From positions 1 to 37,778 of IMG/VR virus record IMGVR_UViG_3300045988_141999: a DNA stretch of 37,778 nucleotides; one strand, 5' to 3'. The position numbers and the translations under genes are program-made. The stretch comes from a virus. Below the pieces are notes generated by a model. That model saw only the letters and a program-made list of their open reading frames with translations. It did no database searches and had not been told where the DNA came from. Positions 34,325 through 37,778 of the stretch are shown here, in pieces; position 1 is the first letter of the stretch; each line of letters opens with the position of its first letter.

Positions 34325-34771
34325 TTAGACCGTAGCTGCAAGCTTCGGTCTCCCTGACTTCGGCGCATATTCGATGCGGGCATCGACTGACGCCTTGGAC
34401 ACCATGCGCTTGGTGCCGTCCTTCCATGAGTCGAGCGAACCGGCGTTGATGAGCTGCGCGACGCGGGCCGTGCTGACGCCGAGCGCGCGTGCCGCCTCGG
34501 AAGCCGTCATGGCGGGTATATCGCCAAGCTCGCGCGAGACGGCGACGGCGATGATCCGGCCGCCATGCCCCGGCTTGTGACCGAAGTCCATCGGCGGCAA
34601 CTCGCAGCGGCCCATGAGATGGTCGTCGACCGTCTCAGCCAGCCAATCGGCGGCGCTCTCGACCGCATCGTTCAGGTCATCGCCGAACGTGCCCTCTCCC
34701 CACCCGCCGCAAGGTACGGCGTCGATGTAACCGTTTGATGGGTAGAACTCGAACTCCCATACGTAGACCAT
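34325..34771 (-). CDS. hicB: HicB-family antitoxin (RNase H-like fold + C-terminal HTH)
   Basis: MVYVWEFEFYPSNGYIDAVPCGGWGEGTFGDDLNDAV HicB N-terminal domain. C-terminal MTASEAARALGVSTARVAQLINAG HTH. Confidence 0.8.
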   Translation of the reverse strand: MVYVWEFEFYPSNGYIDAVPCGGWGEGTFGDDLNDAVESAADWLAETVDDHLMGRCELPPMDFGHKPGHGGRIIAVAVSRELGDIPAMTASEAARALGVSTARVAQLINAGSLDSWKDGTKRMVSKASVDARIEYAPKSGRPKLAATV

Positions 34772-34826
34772 GCCATCCTCCCTTTCTAAGGTGAATGCAG
34801 ACGTTGGCCCCGAAGGGGGCGGGCGC

Positions 34827-34997
34827 TTACCGCAATCCCGCCGCCTTCAGAATCCTCTTGGCCGCCTCGTCTTCGATCTCCCTGTGGCGTTTCACCTTCA
34901 CCGTCACGTCACCTCTCGTGAACTTCTCGTGCTTGGTACCGCCTCGGGATTCGTAGCCCGCGTCCAAAAGGAGCTTGACCAAAACCCGTCGTTGCAT
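34827..34997 (-). CDS. hicA: HicA-family mRNA interferase toxin (56 aa; MQRRVLVKLLLDAGYESRGGTKHEKFTRGDVTVKVKRHREIEDEAAKRILKAAGLR)
   Basis: Matches the HicA consensus (VLVKLL...G...GSHH.F.......V...H...I......IL..AGL). GAGGAGG RBS. Below the track length cut-off. Confidence 0.8.
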   Translation of the reverse strand: MQRRVLVKLLLDAGYESRGGTKHEKFTRGDVTVKVKRHREIEDEAAKRILKAAGLR

Positions 34998-35078
34998 TTC
35001 ACCTCCTCAATTGGCTTGTCTATATATTAGCATCTTCTAAGGGTTATTGGAAGTAATAATTAGATGTTTCTAAGTGTT

Positions 35079-35537
35079 TTAGAACAGCGCTGCCTGCCCG
35101 ACGCCCTCGCGGGCGGCTGCGATGCCGACCAGCTCCACCCAATCTAGCGCGGCGTCGTGGTCCGCATGGGCCTGCCGTTCGGATATGCACATGGAGTTCG
35201 ACAGCCTGCGCCAGTCCTCGTCCTCGCAGTAGCGCAGCTCCAGCACATCGCCCCAGCGGCTGCAGGGGTTCGCCGCGCGCATGCCCGAGCACACGGCGCG
35301 GGCGTCCTCCACGATCGCACGGAGCTCGTCGATCTCGGACGCGATGCGGGACTCGGCGTCCATGCGGGCGTCCGTCATGCGCATCACGTCGTGGCCACCT
35401 CCGTACGACTTGCCGATCGCGTCGTAGCGCTGGGCGCGGACGCCCTCGCGCGACCTCATGGCCTCCACGCGGGCGAGGCACCCGTCGATTCGGCGCTGCG
35501 CGGCCCGCGCGTTCTCGAAGTACTCCCGTGCCGTCAT
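35079..35537 (-). CDS. late-gene transcriptional activator with sigma-70 region-4-like C-terminus (ArpU/RinA-like)
   Basis: VLELRYCEDEDWRRLSNSMCISERQAHADHDAALDWV resembles sigma-70 region 4. Position just upstream of the packaging genes. GAAGGAGG RBS. Confidence 0.65.
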   Translation of the reverse strand: MTAREYFENARAAQRRIDGCLARVEAMRSREGVRAQRYDAIGKSYGGGHDVMRMTDARMDAESRIASEIDELRAIVEDARAVCSGMRAANPCSRWGDVLELRYCEDEDWRRLSNSMCISERQAHADHDAALDWVELVGIAAAREGVGQAALF

Positions 35538-35570
35538 GTTCCTCCTTCACATGCTTCTAGCAGGTCTTTT

Positions 35571-35600
35571 ATTATACGCCTGGTAAGTGGAACGCTTCAA
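35571..35600 (-). promoter_or_regulatory. sigma-70-like promoter TTGAAG-N18-TATAAT driving the late activator gene
   Basis: -10 (attata on plus) at 35571-35576. -35 (cttcaa on plus) at 35595-35600. Preceded by the GCCCG...CGGGC-TTT hairpin at about 35611-35643. Confidence 0.55.
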
Positions 35601-35648
35601 TTCACACATATGGGAAAGCCCGCGATGCAGAAGCACCACGGGCTGAAA

Positions 35649-36041
35649 TCATTCTTGGATCACCCTCGCACCGCAGTTCGGGCAGAATTTAGGAATCCTA
35701 ACAGGTTTAATGGCGACCCTCTCGCCAAGTCCCGGCAGCAGTTGGCGGTGCTGCTCAGATCCGAACACGTAGCCGCATGATGAGCAGGATTTGGTATGCA
35801 TGTCCTGCGTCTGGCTGAGTGCCCGCATCTCTGTCACCACTCGGCACGTCCGCTCCGGCTCCGGCTCTATGAGGTCGGCGAGCCGAAGCATCATCTGGTC
35901 CCAGCGCAGAATCTCGTTGTCGGAATCGATGACGTCGGCCCCGTAGTGCGCGAACTCATGCGCGTCCATCTGAGGGCCGAGCCTTTTCACTTGACGGCGC
36001 AATCCGTCCGCCACCTCGCGGCGCTCGTCGTTAGTCGGCAT
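35649..36041 (-). CDS. Zn-ribbon protein, paralog 1 (MPTNDERREVADGLR ... LADLIEP ... CSSCG ... CPNCGARV)
   Basis: Shares N-terminal, central and C-terminal Cys4 motifs with the adjacent gene. Confidence 0.75.
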   Translation of the reverse strand: MPTNDERREVADGLRRQVKRLGPQMDAHEFAHYGADVIDSDNEILRWDQMMLRLADLIEPEPERTCRVVTEMRALSQTQDMHTKSCSSCGYVFGSEQHRQLLPGLGERVAIKPVRIPKFCPNCGARVIQE

Positions 36042-36381
36042 GCTCGATTCTCCTTCCGCAATAGGGGCAGAAGGTGAAATCGTCCGCCCACACCTGCTCC
36101 CATGATTTGCCGCATTTGGAGCACTCGTAGACCTTGACGGTCCCGCGCGTCCTCACGGTGTCGGTCAGCTCGGCCTCGCACGTCTCGTCGGTCGGGTCGA
36201 TGAGGTCGGCGAGCTTTTCGAGGACAACGTAGAAGTCGTGGTAGTCCTCGAAGCCGACCACCACCTCGGCAAGCTCGTCGAAGAACTGCTCCTTGTACTG
36301 GATGGAGCGGCCGATGGTCAGGTTTCGCAGATTCTCCGCGACCTCGCGGCGCTCTTTGTCAGTCGGCATCGCGCTCACCAT
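36031..36381 (-). CDS. Zn-ribbon protein, paralog 2 (MPTDKERREVAENLR ... LADLIDP ... CSKCG ... CPYCGRRI)
   Basis: Tandem duplicate of 35649..36041. The start is probably at MPTDK (36369). Confidence 0.75.
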   Translation of the reverse strand: MVSAMPTDKERREVAENLRNLTIGRSIQYKEQFFDELAEVVVGFEDYHDFYVVLEKLADLIDPTDETCEAELTDTVRTRGTVKVYECSKCGKSWEQVWADDFTFCPYCGRRIEHAD

Positions 36382-36619
36382 CCTCTTTACGCCACCAGGC
36401 GCACTTCTCGTACGTCAGCCCGATCTCTCCCATCAGGAATGCCTTGTGCACATCCGTGATGGCCTCGTACAGGGCGTCCGCCACCGCGCAGTAGTCCCCG
36501 CGCGCGAGCAGGAGGCTTGCGCGGTTGATCTCATCGAACGCCTTCTCTCGGTATATGCGGCAATCGGCCTTGTACGCCCTCGCCGCGCTCCGCATCGCAA
36601 GGTCACTCATCGCACTCAC
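36359..36619 (-). CDS. hypothetical protein (86 aa)
   Basis: Protein-like ORF coupled to its neighbours. Confidence 0.6.
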   Translation of the reverse strand: MSAMSDLAMRSAARAYKADCRIYREKAFDEINRASLLLARGDYCAVADALYEAITDVHKAFLMGEIGLTYEKCAWWRKEDGERDAD

Positions 36620-36833
36620 CGTCCCTTCGGTTCCACGAGGAGACGGCGTTCTCCCGCTTCAGCAGGACTTCCGGCCCCGTGGCGCCGCACTGCCCGCAAT
36701 ACACGTGCCACGTCGGGATGGAGCCGTCCGGCTCGCCGTTGACGTAGCGGTCGATGCCCCCGGCATCCTCAATGGAGAGGTTTCGAGAGCGCCCGCAGAA
36801 CGGGCAGGGTTTAAGCTTTGCCATCTTCGCCAC
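36603..36833 (-). CDS. lar: Lar-family restriction alleviation protein
   Basis: KPCPFCG ... YVYCGQCGATGP matches the Lar zinc-ribbon pattern. Confidence 0.75.
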   Translation of the reverse strand: MAKMAKLKPCPFCGRSRNLSIEDAGGIDRYVNGEPDGSIPTWHVYCGQCGATGPEVLLKRENAVSSWNRRDGECDE

Positions 36834-37062
36834 CGATGCCGTCGAAGATGATGTCCATCTTCTTGCACGCCTCGCGGAAGGGCTTGCGGCGGGTGATTGA
36901 GTCGTAGACGCGCTTCACCGCCATGTCGACGATCTCGTCGGCCTTCTCGTCGATGATCGCGCCGACCCTCTTCGCGACCTCCTTGTCGATGATGCCGCGC
37001 CAATCGACCTCCCCTTTGCTGTAGTCAGCCGCCTCGCGCAGCTTCTTGGCGGTGTCGTTCAT
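36811..37062 (-). CDS. hypothetical protein (84 aa, start MNDTAKKLREAADY)
   Basis: GGAGAGG RBS. The track ORF 36811..37425 is extended by Arg-rich junk. Confidence 0.65.
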   Translation of the reverse strand: MNDTAKKLREAADYSKGEVDWRGIIDKEVAKRVGAIIDEKADEIVDMAVKRVYDSITRRKPFREACKKMDIIFDGIGGEDGKA

Positions 37063-37715
37063 TTGTTCCTCTCCTTCTGCCTGCGGCGCATCTCCGCAGA
37101 TTGGCATTTCTTCGAGCAGTAGATCTTCGTCGGATGGCGCGTCTTGAAGACCGCCCCGCACACGGGGCACGTCACCGTACGCTCGTTCCTGTAGTACTTG
37201 GGCGCACGAAGCCCGCTGTCCAGGCAGTCGCGGCACGTCCTCTGCGTGTACTTTCCAGAGGAAGGCGCATAATCGGGCGTGAACTCGCGCCCGCAGACGG
37301 CGCACATGCGCGGGCGGTTGAGCGCGTCGGTGATGCCCATCTTGAGCTTCACGACGGCCACGGCCGCCATGAGCGTCTCTGCGTCGTGCCATTCGCAACT
37401 GCCCGAGTTGAGCTGACCGACGCACGAGCGCGGAACGGCCACGAGGTTCGCGGGGTCGAAGTTGCGCTTGTCACCGTCGGCGAACATCACGACGTGATCG
37501 GGCGGCACAGGCTCGCCGTGTGCCTGCTCCCAGACCCATCGCTGCTTCATCATCCAGTTGTCCTTGGATTGCGGGCAGTCTGGCAGGTCGCGGACCTTGA
37601 CCTTTATGTAGCCCTTCATCTCGACCTCGGACCCGACGGGGACCGAGTGCCAGTTGTGGGCGGTGCGGTTGCCGCGCCTCCGCTGCATCCCGTACTCGGC
37701 CCTGAAAAGGCTCAC
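37059..37715 (-). CDS. HNH_3-family homing endonuclease with C-terminal zinc fingers; the upstream in-frame region wraps across the window end into bases 56-214
   Basis: WVWEQAHGEPVPPDHVVMFADGDKRNFDPANLVAVPRS HNH_3 core. Likely start is MKGYIKV (37619) with a GAGGT RBS. The in-frame upstream HTH-like segment PIAEVCEDFEREFGTPISRTQVSLFRAEY is encoded across the circular junction. Confidence 0.8.
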   Translation of the reverse strand: MSLFRAEYGMQRRRGNRTAHNWHSVPVGSEVEMKGYIKVKVRDLPDCPQSKDNWMMKQRWVWEQAHGEPVPPDHVVMFADGDKRNFDPANLVAVPRSCVGQLNSGSCEWHDAETLMAAVAVVKLKMGITDALNRPRMCAVCGREFTPDYAPSSGKYTQRTCRDCLDSGLRAPKYYRNERTVTCPVCGAVFKTRHPTKIYCSKKCQSAEMRRRQKERNK

Positions 37716-37778
37716 CTGCGTCCTGCTTATCGGCGTTCCGAACTCGCGCTCGAAGTCCTCGCAGACCTCCGCGATTGG

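Overview
This 37.8 kb window appears to be a complete, circularly permuted genome of a high-GC (about 65%) temperate siphovirus-like phage. The first 55 nt are identical to the last 55 nt, so the unique length is about 37,723 bp. Nearly all genes run on the minus strand as one long unit that wraps through the window ends. The only plus-strand block is a short lysogeny cassette: a CI-like S24 repressor, a low-GC accessory gene, a candidate attP and a large serine integrase. Going leftward from a Cro-like gene and the divergent operator region, the minus-strand genes are: a 500-bp structured non-coding region; an SPFH membrane protein; a recombination and replication module (Sak4-like ATPase, DUF669-like protein, ERCC4 nuclease, Prim-Pol/SF3 helicase) with an adjacent GTAACG iteron and (CG)n(AT)n origin-like region; small Zn-ribbon and other proteins, an HNH endonuclease and a Lar restriction-alleviation protein; two tandem paralogous Zn-ribbon proteins; a sigma-70 region-4-like late activator with its own TTGAAG-N18-TATAAT promoter; a HicA/HicB toxin-antitoxin pair; a packaging module (HNH, small terminase, large terminase) preceded by a 10-bp-phased CTGCAG array; a head module (portal; a MuF protein with a C-terminal extension followed by a tiny ORF; an orphan N6-adenine methyltransferase cassette bracketed by four hairpin/T-tract elements; scaffold; major capsid); neck and tail genes (gp6-like, head closure, gp10-like, tail completion, major tail, G/GT chaperone with an AAAAAAC -1 frameshift site, tape measure, FN3-rich Dit-like, Tal-like); and a holin/amidase lysis cassette. 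The last gene is a collagen-like, modular tail fibre. Its C-terminal paralogous modules are each preceded by a poly-G tract (G9, G9, G7), and the G7 tract puts the last module out of frame. No rRNA, tRNA or CRISPR array was found. Coordinates of hand-derived features may be off by 1-2 nt.
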